NCBI GenBank assembly: GCA_024679065.1 | Contig: JAGIQG010000015.1 | Location: forward strand, 45,632,001 to 45,696,000 | Direction of reading: 5' to 3' | Length of the DNA stretch: 64,000 nucleotides | From: Sphyrna mokarran | Taxonomy: Eukaryota | Part shown: positions 37,400 through 48,845 of the stretch, one piece after another | Layout: the number at the start of each line of letters is the position of its first letter | How positions within the stretch are numbered: position 1 is the stretch's first letter | Made by a program: the position numbers and the translations under genes | The notes under the pieces: generated by a model | What the model was told of the DNA's origin: nothing | What the model saw: the letters and a program-made list of their open reading frames with translations, nothing else | Databases searched by the model: none

Positions 37400-38200
37400 T
37401 TTTGTGATATCTACGTCTTTATGTTATTGAGAAAGCAGAATTTGATCTCCGACCATGACCCAAGGCATCTGGACAATACATGAATAGATGGGCAAAGACT
37501 TCAAAATCTTTTGGTACAATTACCTGAGGGTAAAGGCGTGAACTTGATTTTGAGTATAAATGTGTGGATGGGTTACATGCAAAATTGCTATATAGGAAAT
37601 CAGTCCAAATTAGATTTATCAAGGCGTTTGGAAGGACTTGCAACTATACATTTAAGAACAGGTCTCAGAGATGTACATTTGCTAACAAACAACATGGCAT
37701 TAAATAGCTAATGGGGCTAATAGGGTCAAACAGCACTGTTAAATGATCAAGGCACTGATACATACTCCACAGAGAAACTGATTTCAAAACAATTGGGACA
37801 GGATTAAGCACATCGGTACTTGTAAAAAGGTACTTATTAAATAGCAAATAATTTGGATTTGTAAATGGGCCACTGGAGTAGCCCAGGTCATGGGACACAG
37901 AAATAGAAATGGTATGATTAATGTGATACTAATTTGGGGCCAAAAAGCACTTTTATTTCTCCCCGCAGGATACAACAGCCCAAACATCAGTTGCTTCACC
38001 AACTAGGATCATAGCCAATGGATCATTCAGATTGTTATGCAAAAGTTAAATATTTTACTTATTCAATATTCGTCCACAATCTAGGGATATTGAAGAGCGA
38101 AATAGATTGTTGAAAGTTGATTCTCAAAATGATTACATATGTTTCTATTCTTTTGATGTTGAATTTATTATTTTTAATTTAGAGAAGGTGAGTACCTGAA
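37400..38200 (+). pseudogene. pol: ERV pol (integrase) remnant
   Basis: 38071-38115 reads RPQSRDIEERNRLLK, the retroviral integrase (Y)RPQSSG.VER.NR.LK motif. Confidence 0.6.
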
Positions 38201-38559
38201 GATATTTTTCAATCCCCTTGGGAGCTGCATATCAACACTTGCCTATACATGTCGTATACATGTGGTAAAACTTCCAACCTATCCAGGTGTTGGATTTGTT
38301 CGCGTGTGCTTATGACAGGATAAAATTCCATAACAGCACATCCTGTGCAGATAGTCCAGGTCACATGAAGAGGCATACACCTGCCTTTAACATGTCAAAC
38401 CCAGTTTCACTCTGAATCAAATGGTTTCAAAACCAAAAATAATATATCGTATTGAGAATAAGGAGGGCCCTGGGAGTAACTCAGATATAAGTGAATGTTA
38501 CAACACTGTAAACTGAAGAAGCCAGCTGCACGTGAATCTACCCAGTGATGATTAATCTT

Positions 38560-39200
38560 GTAATGTCTCATTGCTCCAATGCGAACAATACCTATCCAAC
38601 TCCTAATGATACACATTGGATTTGTGGGGATAAAGCATATTCTTGGTTCCCTATCATGTGAAACGGATCATGGTGCCTTGGATTTGTGGTCCCACATATT
38701 TATCATTTTTCTTACCTTCTTTCTTTGCTGAGACACCGCTAACAGAATGCTACTTTGGCTTAATCCTCCATGCTATGAGATTGGAAGGTTAACACAAGAT
38801 AACAATAGTCTAATCTTAATTTTAGAAAAAGTTGCCAGAGATACAGCCAATGGAAATCAATGATGAGATGGTTGCTATGTGCATCATGATACTCAGCGTC
38901 GAATGGCACTGGATATTACTTTGGCAGCCAGCGATGGAACATGTGCTGCAATTGGACCAGAGTGTTGTATATATATGCCAGGAAATTCAGAGTCTATAAT
39001 CAATCTAGCTGGTCATCTTAAAAAAGAGGTTGAGAAACTCAAGCAGGCTCAACATTTCAAACTCGGGTGTTGGATTTCAGGCAAGCTGGGCCCACATGGG
39101 AGCATCATACAAGAGATTGTGTTTTCTTTATTAAGGTCCCAGCATTTGTTATAATTGTGTACCCTGTTCAAATGTTGTGCACAAGTAAATGAAATCTATA
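38560..39200 (+). pseudogene. env: ERV env remnant, gamma-type SU/TM
   Basis: PNDTHWICGDKAYSWFPIM*NGSWCLGFVVP (SU end); QRRMALDITLAASDGTCAAIGPECCIYMP is the immunosuppressive domain plus CX6CC. Confidence 0.9.
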
Positions 39201-39332
39201 CAGGTTCAACAACAATAATGGTAGTCTGTGTGGAGAAAAGAAGGTTCTGAATGCCAAATAATCCTTCGAGACCCAAGAATATTTACTTAAAAACATCCAT
39301 TTAGTGGCTTAATCTTGGGCTGGCCAAGGACC

Positions 39333-39344
39333 AAGAAGGGAGAA
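39333..39344 (+). promoter_or_regulatory. Polypurine tract
   Basis: AAGAAGGGAGAA just before the 3' LTR. Confidence 0.75.
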
Positions 39345-39345
39345 C

Positions 39346-40419
39346 CATTAGAGGGATTAGGATAACCTGGGACTAAAAAGACAAATAGACCAAGATAGAC
39401 TAATTTAGAGTGAATACATTAAAAAAGTACAAAGTACCTGGAGTTACAAAGGTACAGTTTGCATAAAACACATATAACCACCATTAGAGAATTTAAACAT
39501 ATATTTTTGAAAACGTATTATATTCTGTATTAAAAGCATACGTCTTGGCCAATTACACTGCTCTAAGTATGAAGGGATATAGCTAAATAAGAAAACCACA
39601 TTCTTTGAAAACAGTACAGCTACTGAAAGTAGCAAAAAGAATGCCTTAAAAGAAGGCTTTAGAAAATACAAGCTTTCCAGACAGTTGAATGATTAGACTA
39701 ATAAAAGTTTCCCAATATGGGGTTGCTAATTCGACAATAGGAAGTGAACTTTTGACTCTACAGACTTATGTATTAAGGCTGTTAGAGATATTGGAAAGAA
39801 CCTTTAAACTCTACAGATCCATATATTCTCAAGCTGCCAGAGAGTAGAATGTTATTGGCCAATGTAAACGATTCATACTAAAATGATTAGCTCATATCTG
39901 GTTAGGATGAGCAAAAAAGGTGGGCAAATGATTTTTCATATCATAGAATCCGTACTATGCAAAAGGAGGCCATTTGGCCTATTGAGTGTGCACTGACCAT
40001 AATCTCTCCCAAACCCTATTCCCTTAACTCCACACATTTATCCTGCTAATCTCCCTGACATTAAGGTCAATTTAGCATGACAATCAACCTAACCTACGCA
40101 TCTTTGGACTGCGGGAGGAATTCAGAGCACACAGAGGAAACCCACACAGACATGGGGAGAATGTGCAAATTCCACACAAGCAGTGATCCAAGTACTGAAC
40201 TGAACCTGGGTCTCTGGCACTCTGAGGCAGCTGTGCTAACCACCGTTTTTGAAAAATGTCTAAATGTATTACTGATAACAGTGCAATTTAGAATAGTTTG
40301 AACTGCCTCAAATTATTCTCTTGTGCTTTTTGGACCAGGCTGGGCAATAAAATATGCCTTCAGCCATAATTACTGTCTCCATGAGTCCATTAAGGTTGGT
40401 CTCCCAAAAAGACCCTACA
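39346..40419 (+). repeat. ERV 3' LTR, interrupted by HE1
   Basis: Colinear with 27153-27899; ends CTCCCAAAAAGACCCTACA. Confidence 0.9.
39937..40245 (-). mobile_element. HE1 V-SINE inserted in the 3' LTR
   Basis: TTTTT duplication; the 5' LTR shows the empty site ATTTTTGAAAAAT. Confidence 0.9.
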
Positions 40420-41039
40420 CTATGCATGAGAATTTTTGGCACTACAAGCTGCATTATATGGCGTAAAGATTCACCATTGCCATTGATATGCCAGGCGTCA
40501 CCTTTTCCTGCCCATCAATGGCCTTTGCCAATTTCCAGGAAGATCTTGTCCATTGTGTTCTCCCACAGCTTACCCACCCACTTTGTTTGTTATTAGCAGC
40601 AAACAGAAATACAACACTTTCTGTGATCTAAGTCATCAAATTAATTGTAAATATATGAGGCCTGACTGCTTATGTTGCTTGAGCCAGCATTTTGGACAAA
40701 AAAGGACAATTCCATTCACTGACACTGCAACTATCTATTTTAAAAACCTAAGGTGTCATCTAACATGTTCCATGGATTTGTTGAATTTTAACCTCTTATG
40801 TTTCTTGCGGAGATTGTCCCTTTAAGGGCAATACAATGGAGTAAGCCTCAGCAAGCCTCAATGACCATTCAGGACTCCAAATGGGGAATTACCCTGGAAA
40901 GGAGGAATTCTGTTAGGTGGGGACATTTCAGAACTATCTGCAGACATGCTCTGCCCTTGTATGACCTTGTAAATAAATTATTTTTTGTTCACTAATGAAG
41001 TCTCTGAAAATGTATTATTACACTTCTTCAAAACTTTAT

Positions 41040-42030
41040 CTTTTCTGATATTAATTTTGGTAATTTTGTCACTATTTTTAGCCTCTAGATTATCATCTAT
41101 TTCCAACATGGAACTTGCTTCTTCTACAGTGAAGACAAACAAAAATATTTGTTCAATGCCTCTGCCATTTCCTTATTTGCCATAATAACTTCTGTTCTGC
41201 TTCTACAGGATCAATGTCTAATCTAGCTTCCCTATTCTTTTTATATACTTATAAAAGCTTCCACAATTTGTTGTTATATTTCTGGCTATTTTACTCGTCC
41301 TCTAATTTGTCCTTTTTTATCAATTCTTAATGACCTTCTCCTTATTTCTACAACACTCTGAATCTTCAGACTTATTACAATTTTGTGCAATGTTGTAAGC
41401 CTTTTCTTTGAATCTAGTATGTCCCTAAATTTCTGGAGTGAACCCCAGAAAGGTCCTCCTTGCATAGTTGGTGTTCTTCAATAAAATTAATTTGTCGAAC
41501 ATCTTGAATTGTTTCTTTAAATGTTTCCCACTGTTCATTTGCCTCTGTACCTTTTAGTCTATTTGTCCAATTAACCTTAGCCAGTTCTCCCATCATACCT
41601 ATGTAATTGGCTTTGTTTAAGATTTTTGTTTGCAATTCGAGTATGTCACTTTCAAACTCAACATGGATTTGAATGGTACTATGATCTCTATTTCCCAGTG
41701 GATCTTTTGCTATGACATTATTAATTAACCCTGCTTCATTACACAGTACGAAACATAAGAAAGCTTTATTCCTCATTGGTTCAACTGCATATTGCTCTAA
41801 GAAACTGTCACAACAACATTCTGCAAGCTCCTCTATGAGACCACTCCTGCTAATTTGATTATCCCAGCCTACATGAAGTATAATGAGGAGAACAACTACT
41901 ACATTTTCTTTGTTAGAGCTCCAATAATTTCTTGTTTAATTATTGTCCAGCACTAGCAAGGGCCTATAAACTACTTCCATCAGCGTTTTCGGACTCATGC
42001 TGTTCCTAATTTTTATCCATATTGATTCTG
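41040..42030 (-). mobile_element. Old CR1 (endonuclease/tether region)
   Basis: ORF 41414-41776 VLCNEAGLIN..DPLGNRDH..KANYIGM..WETFKE; ESIWIKIRN..VVYRP. Confidence 0.85.
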
Positions 42031-42305
42031 CTTCATTTGGAGGGGATGGGGTGGTGAAGGGGAAAGGACTGGTGAAAGGGGTGAGGTTAATCTTACCAGA
42101 ATTTGGCAATGTATCATTCCGGTGAAAAAAATAAAGTGAATACCATTGATGGCTCTGGCATAATTGCTGACCCAATTTTGAACCTGATTAACCAAAGTTC
42201 TTATGGCCATAAGAATCAGACAGTGCTCACAATGCCTCCATCCAATATGCCGGTCCAAGCTCAACTTAATAGTGGCAATCAATGAGAGCTGCATATAAAT
42301 GGCTC

Positions 42306-42906
42306 AGTAAAAAGTCTCACAATACCAGGTTCAAGTCCAACCAGTTTATTTGCTAAGAATCCCACAAGCTTTCAGAAATGGTGTTCCTTTGTCAGGTGTG
42401 TAGGAGGTTCTGATCAGAGAAAGGCATATAAAGACACACATATTTACAGAATACTGATTAAAATGCAATTCTCAGCTAACTTGCTATCCAAGTCTTAAAG
42501 ATGCAGACAATGTGAGTGGAGATAGCATTAACATAGGTTAAAGAGATGTGTATTGTCTCCAGATGGGACAGTAAGTGAGTCTTCTCTGGGCTTTTAAAAC
42601 CTCACTTCTTGTCCTGTCTGGAGACAGTACACATCTCTTAAACCTATGCTAATGCTATCTCCATTCACATTGTCTGCAGCTTTAAAACTTGAATAGCAGG
42701 TTACCTGCAAAGACTTACATTCTAATCAGTATTCTGTAAACTGTGTGTATCTTTATATGCCTTTCTCTGATCTGAACCTTCTACACACTTGACGAAAGAT
42801 TACGAAAGCTTGTGGGATTATTATCAAATAAACTAGTTGGACTTAAACCTGGTATTGTGAGACTTCTGACTGTGTTTACCCCAGTCCAACATCGGCATCT
42901 CTGCAT
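42306..42906 (+). mobile_element. Penelope-derived fold-back element, longer copy
   Basis: Arms 42306-~42580 and ~42600-42871 are reverse complements; 35-nt tail GTGTTTACCCCAGTCCAACATCGGCATCTCTGCAT; TSD TATAAA(T/A)GGCTC at 42294-42305 and 42907-42918. Confidence 0.9.
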
Positions 42907-42949
42907 TATAAAAGGCTCCCCAGCGCTTGTTCCAGATCTATTGCATGGG

Positions 42950-44268
42950 ATGGCAACCAGGAGACCCCACACCTCGTTTCTTGGAGGGAGCACTAACCAG
43001 ATTGATGGATAGATTGTAACTGAGGGGGACATACACTATCCTCGCTCCAGAAGATATCTTTCCAGCAAGGTCACCACCCCCATCTGGAATTCAGTAACAG
43101 TCATGGTGAGTGCCAGTTCATTGCAGAAGAGGGTGGGGTAACAATGCCACGTGAAGATGAATGATCTTCCTTGCTAACCTCATGTTTTTTTCATCTTTTT
43201 CTATACATCATCATAAACCCCCCCATTTCTACCTTCATCCCTCATCCAACCACTTCAACCTGTGTGTTGATTCTCCGGAAGAAGCTCTTCAGTTGTAGAC
43301 AGTAAAATAAAACAAAATTTACTCCAACTTATACATCAAAGAAAAAGGTTTAATAAAGAAGCTTCATTACTCTAATGCTTGAGACCTCACCCTAGGCCAT
43401 TCCAAGCCCCCTACCCCCAAGTTCCCAACAGATTCTGATTTAGACTGAGTTAGCTGCTCAGCTGACCACCACATCATTTTGTCATTGGTTACAAGCTGAC
43501 CCTTACAGCTTGTTACCATTGGTCACACTATAACAGATCTAATGTTATCATTGGTTATATTCTAACATTTGCCAACATCTGTAAGGAGGCTATCCACCCT
43601 CCTCCCCAATCAACATGTTCCCCCCATACTCACTACTGTACTCCTCACACTCCAACTCTCACTCAAAACCCTTACCTGTCACACCTCATCACCATCTTTA
43701 ATGTCAACACTGCCTTCCTAAACTGCCCTTATCTGTGTCACTGTAGGAGAAATGCAACCACAACAAGAGTGAGCAAGCATGTCTAGCTGGAGTAATGTCA
43801 ACCTCTGAACTCTCATGCCATTTGAGGACAGAGCCCTTGAGCTGGCCAGGGAGGAGGAAGAACGCACCTACACTGATGGTGAAGTGGGAGCAGCAGACAA
43901 ACATGAGAATCCTCAAGCCATCCTATCATTCCTCATGTTTCAAGTGAGTAAGCAATGTTCCCTCCTTTATTCTCTGTGATGCACTAATGTTATCTCCCTT
44001 CTCTTGCAGGGAAAGCAACAGAGTAGGCCAGATCATCTTGACACCATCCCCCAGACCACCAGACAGAAGCAGCTTTGAGGGATCTTCTCCGACCTCACTG
44101 TTGAAGAGATGTCACAGCTAACACCCACATTCAGCACCAGCGCAGATAGTCACACCTTGGTGGGATCACTTAGTCGACAGGCGTCTGAGTCACTCACTGG
44201 GGAGCACCTCACAGCTGAAGATCCACAGCAGGTAGAGGCAAGCACATTCCAGGAAGGGGAGCACTGGG
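42950..44268 (+). pseudogene. PIF/Harbinger Myb/SANT DNA-binding gene remnant, 3 exons
   Basis: Exon 1 MATRRP/PRFLEGALTRLMD../DIHYP../WNSVTVMVSA..QCHVKMNDL; exon 2 43747-43943 EKCNHNK../PFEDRALELA; intron GTGAGT..CACTAAT..TTGCAG; exon 3 from 44010. Confidence 0.75.
43286..43567 (-). mobile_element. LTR-like interspersed repeat, copy 2 (most complete)
   Basis: Ends TCTAACA (TG start on the minus strand), three CATTGGT (CCAAT) boxes, ATTAAA on minus; lies in the Myb intron. Confidence 0.65.
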
Positions 44269-46275
44269 CAGCTGAATATTCCTGGGTATAAGTGTTTCAG
44301 GCGTGACAGAGGAGGGTGGAGAAAAGGTGGGGGAGTGGCGTTGTTAGTTAGGGAGAGCATCACAGTGGTACAGAGGGAGGACAATATAGAGGAGTTAGGA
44401 GTTGAGTCGCTGTGGGTGGAGTTAAGGAAAAAGAAGGGGGCAATTAATATGCTAGGGGTGTATTATAGGCCACCCAATAGCTTGCAGGCAGTGGAAGAAG
44501 GTATATGTAAAAACATTTTGGATAGGTGCAGAAAGAATAGAGTTGTTATAGTGGGAGAATTTAATTTCCCTGGGGTGGATTGGAAAGTACCTAGAGTGGA
44601 GGTTCAGATGGAGGGGAATTTGTAAAATGTACACTAGAAGTATGTAGCCAGTCCTACTAGAGAGGGGGCTATACTGGATTTAGTTCTGAGTAACGAGCCA
44701 GGACAGGTGGTTGAAGTTGCAGCAGGGGAACATGTGGCTAACAGTGACCACAGTTCTGTCTACTTCAGGATACAAATAGAAAAAGATGCCTGTTGCCCTA
44801 GAGGGAGGATGCTAAATTGGGGGAAGGCTAACTACAGTCGTATTAGGCAAGAACTTATGGAAACAGATTGGGAAAGGTTGTTCAGGGTAAGTCCACGCTA
44901 GACAAATGGGATTCTTTCAAGGGAATACTGAAAAGGTTGCAGAAAAGATATGTACTGGCTAAGAGGAAGGATAGGAAAGGTAGGATTAGAGAGCTATGGA
45001 TTACCAGGGATATCGAGGACTTGATTAGGAAGAAAAGAAAGGCGTATGTTAGGTCTAAGCAACTGGGAACAGAGAGAACATTGGAGCAATGTAGAGAGAG
45101 TAGGTGGGACCTCAAATGGGGAATTAGAAGGGCAAAAAGGGGGCATGAAATGGTTTTGGCAGATAGGATTAAGGAAAATCCAAAAGCTTTTTACTCCTAT
45201 GTTAGGAATAAAAGGGTGGTTAGAGGAAAAATCAGTCCTCTGAGGGACAAAGGAGGGGAACAGTGCTTAGAGTCCGAGGGAATGGGGGAGATCCTGAATG
45301 AATACTTTGCGTCGGTATTCACGAAGGAAAGGGGCTTGTTGACAGCTCCTGTCTCTGAGGGAGCTGTGGACCAGTTGAGGGAAATATCCATACCGAGGGA
45401 GGAAGTGTTAGAGCTTCTAGGCAGCATTAAAACTGATAAATCTCCGGGGCCTGATGGCATTTATCCCAGGCTGCTTAGGGAGGTGCAAGGTGAAATTGCT
45501 GGGCCTCTGACGCAAATCTTTGTCTCTTCTTTGGACACAGATGAGGTCCCAGAGGACTGGAGAATAGCTAATGTTGTACCGTTGTTTAAAAAGGGTAGTA
45601 GGGATAACCTGGGAATTATAGGCCAGTGAGTTTGATGTCACTGGTAGGGAAGCTGTTGGAGGGGATTCTTAGAGATAGGATGTATAGGCACTTAGAGCGT
45701 TGCGATCTGATTAGGGATACTCAGCGTGGCTTTGTTAAGGGGAGGTCGTGCCTTACGAGTCTGGTAGAATTTTTTGAAGAGATGACAAAAACGGTCGACG
45801 AAGGGCAAGCCGTTGATATTGCCTATATGGATTTCAGTAAGGCGTTTGACAAAGTCCCTCATGGGAGGTTAGTTGAAAAGGTAAAGGCTTATGGAATACA
45901 GGGACAAGTATCTAGATGGATAAGTAACTGGCTTGGTAATAGGAGACAGAAAGTAGTACTGGAAGGGTGTTTCTCTAGCTGAAGGTCAGTCACTAGTGGT
46001 GTGCCGCAGGTCTCAGTATTGGGATCTCTTCTATTTGTAACATATATAAATGACTTGGAAGAGGGATTATGTGGTATGATCAGCAAGTTTGCAGGTGACA
46101 CAAAGATGACTCGACTTGCGGATTGTGTGGAGCATTGTCAGGCAATACAGCAGGATATAGATAGGCTGGTAGATTAGGCAGATAAATGGCAGATGGAATT
46201 TAATCCTGATAAATGTGAGGTGATGCATTTCGGGAGAAAGAACGTAGGGGGCAGGTATATGATAAAGGGTATCTA
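44268..46275 (+). mobile_element. CR1 LINE body (endonuclease to RT) lacking its own 3' end
   Basis: GVYYRPPN, KSPGPDGIYPR, DWRIANVVPLFKKG, YMDFSKAFDKVPH; frameshifted. Confidence 0.95.
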
Positions 46276-46519
46276 TGGGAGTTTGCACATTCTCCCCATG
46301 CTTACGTGTGCTCCGGTTTCCTCCCACACCCCAAATATGTGCTCTTAGGCTGATTGGCAAAACAAATTCTCCCTAAATTGTTTCGCTAATTTGGTTCCAA
46401 TGCAGATTTCTACAAACATAGACAGGGATCATCGGTGGAAGTGGGAACGTCGAGGTGGCAGCGTGATCTCATTGAGCCAAAGGGCCTGTTTCCCATGCTG
46501 TATTGTTCTTTGTTCTTTG
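46274..46519 (+). mobile_element. Headless V-core SINE variant fused to CR1
   Basis: Homologous to 37075-37343; (TTCTTTG)n tail. Confidence 0.85.
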
Positions 46520-46579
46520 TGTGGATGACATTGTTATGAGAGTTGATGTTTTGAGTGGAATCACCAATGATGTGCCTTG

Positions 46580-46790
46580 ATGATGTGAATAAGATCAATC
46601 ATCCACTTCCTACACTGAATGGTGTTTCTCAGGCCAGTGCTTGGTGAGCTGAGTATCCTCACAAACATCTCCCAGGCTAGCGAGCTGAGGTCGATGGACC
46701 TTCTGGAACCATCCTTTGGGTAGAGGACATCCCAGTGCACCCCAATGAACACCATGAATAAGAGCCTTAAGGGGGCCATTGGTGATTTTT
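46580..46790 (-). pseudogene. PIF/Harbinger Myb/SANT exon 1 remnant
   Basis: ORF 46561-46839: WDVLYPKDG...AWEMFVRILS..RNTIQCRKWMIDL. Confidence 0.7.
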
Positions 46791-47023
46791 TTTCATTCTT
46801 CTTTTGCCTTGGAATCACCTCAGCTTTGGTCATGCACACAGCTGGATTTCAGAGAGTAGTGTGTGTGTTTGGCTGGTATTTAAGAATGCTACCAAGACCT
46901 TTGATCCCAATAGTTTATGGAATGGCAAATTTAAACCAAGGCAAAAGAATTATTGGCCGTCCTACCATGTGATTGAGAGAGCTACTCACCAATGCATTAC
47001 TGATGAGCATTCAAGTGTATGAT

Positions 47024-47247
47024 TGGGCGCAATTTCCCCAACCCACCAATTAATGGGAAATCCATCGCTTAGTCTGCCTGTCACTGTACTTCACCTCCAG
47101 AGCAGGAAGTTACACTTCTCGGCAAGGCATTTTCCTGTCCCACTCACAGCGGGAATCGTAGCGGGTGGGAAGCTGACCTTGCAAAAATCCGTTGAACTCA
47201 GAGGGATTTTCCTGTTTTGGGATGAACATAGCTGAAAAATCCTGCCC
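47024..47247. mobile_element. Harbinger-like MITE
   Basis: Imperfect TIRs GGGCGCAATTT / AAAATCCTGCCC. Confidence 0.5.
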
Positions 47248-47645
47248 CTCAACTCTCAGGAAGCTTAAATAGTTTCTCTTAGACATATCCTGACAATTAG
47301 AATACAATCTGTCTTGTCATCCTTTATGTTTTTTTGAATCTGTCCTTGTCTTATAGCTTGGTATATTCAGCTCCAAATCCTGACTGACTTACAGTCATGT
47401 CTCAAAAATGGCTACCGTGCCATACTCTCCAAGTTGAGCTTGCTCCTTATACTAAGTGAGTTTGTATGAAGACTGTTTATTTGGGCCTTCCACAACCAAA
47501 GCTGTTGGCCTGCCATAATGTTTTATTAACATGTCCTTTATTCCTTGAGTAATCACCAAGAGATTAGAGAAGACCTGCTCTTTAATTTAGCTTCTATTTT
47601 CCGGTACTGTCTAAATAGCATTTCTTATTGATTCAGCAGAAAGAA

Positions 47646-47833
47646 CTCTTCAGTTGGAGGCAATAAAATAGAGCAAGACTTACTCCAACTTATAAATCAA
47701 AGAAAAAGTTTTAATAAAGAATCTTCATTAGTCCAACACTTGAGGACTCACCCTGAGCTATTCCAAGCTCCCACAAACTCCAACAATGCTTATTTATACT
47801 GAGTCAGCTGGTCACTGACCATCATATCATTTT
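47646..47833 (-). mobile_element. LTR-like interspersed repeat, copy 3 (truncated)
   Basis: TTACTCCAACTTATA.ATCAAAGAAAAAG.TTTAATAAAGAA.CTTCATTA shared with the 43286 copy. Confidence 0.7.
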
Positions 47834-47874
47834 AATCAATATGGAATTGAAAACTGGCATTATTGTTGATTATT

Positions 47875-48030
47875 GTGTCCTTTAGGGAAGGAAATCTGTC
47901 ATCCTTGCCTGGTCTGGCCAACATGTGACCCCAGACCCACAGCAATGTGGTTGACTCTGAACTATCCCACTGAAATACCTTAGTCAGCTTAACAGGGCAA
48001 TTAGAGATGGGCAACAAATACTGGCCTCAC
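47875..48030 (+). mobile_element. Deu-domain SINE fragment
   Basis: GTCCTTTAGGGAAGGAAATCTG..GGTCTGGCC.ACATGTGAC..GCAATGTGGTTGACTCT. Confidence 0.8.
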
Positions 48031-48397
48031 TCACTCTCACCACATGTTATTATTTTATTTTTGCTACAAACTATCTTGCACTAACCAAAAAAAAGACAGA
48101 AAATTTAAATACTTCCTCAAAGCTGACAAAGTCACTGAAATTTTATTTGCTTTCAGCCCTGCACTAAACTTCACTCTCACTAAATTCTCAACTTTGACAC
48201 TTTGTTCTTGATGCTTGTCATTTATGAAGGCGAGATAGGAAGGACATTTAGATATGAGAGCATCAGCTTAGCGATCTGACACATTCCTGCCCTCAGGTGA
48301 TCTTGTTAAAGGCAGATCATCACAGCTGCAGCTCCCTGCCCAGTTGCTGCAGCTAATTAACCTGAATATGCAAGTGTCTATCGGTGACCAGGGTGCA

Positions 48398-48490
48398 ATT
48401 TCTACAGTGTAGAGGAGGCCATTCAGCCCATCAAGTCTGCACCAGCTCTCCAACAGAACATCTTAAACAGGCCCACCCCATAACACCACT
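48398..48490 (-). mobile_element. HE1/CR1 tail fragment
   Basis: CTACAGTG.AGA.GGAGGCCATTCAGCCCATCAAGTCTGCACC. Confidence 0.7.
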
Positions 48491-48533
48491 CCACGCTTCA
48501 AATTGTTCACTTTTTGGGCAGTGGTTGATTGAT

Positions 48534-48845
48534 GGGCAGCACGGTGGCACAGTGGTTGGCACTGGTGCCTCACAGCACCAGGGGTCTGGGTTTGATTCCC
48601 ATTTGGTGTGATTTTCTGTGCAGAGTTTGCACGTTCTCCTCGTGCCTGTGTGCGTGTTTCCTCCGGGTGCTCCGGTTTCCTCCCACAGTCCAAAAGACAT
48701 GCAGTGAGGTGCCTTGGCCATGCTAAATCCTTCCTCAGTGTACTTTAACAGTGCCAGATGTAGCAACCAGGGGATTTTCACATTACTTCATTGCAGTGTT
48801 AATATAAATCTACTTGTCTTACTAATAACAAACAAATAAATAAAT
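48534..48845 (+). mobile_element. tRNA/V-core SINE with a non-CR1 tail
   Basis: GGGCAGCACGGTGGCACAGTGGTT head; tail GGGATTTTCACATTACTTCATTGCAGTGTTAAT..CTAATAA. Confidence 0.9.

Larger units (their letters stand above)
27153..40419 (+). mobile_element. Endogenous retrovirus, decayed two-LTR provirus with nested insertions
   Basis: Paired ~750-bp direct repeats, PBS, integrase motif, gamma-type env and PPT in the correct order. Confidence 0.85.

Noticed and set aside
27148-40424. ERV target-site duplication TTGTG / CTATG
   Set aside because: Only 3 of 5 bases match, so it was not used as evidence.
48534-48605. tRNA gene
   Set aside because: The A/B-box-like sequence is the tRNA-derived head of a SINE.
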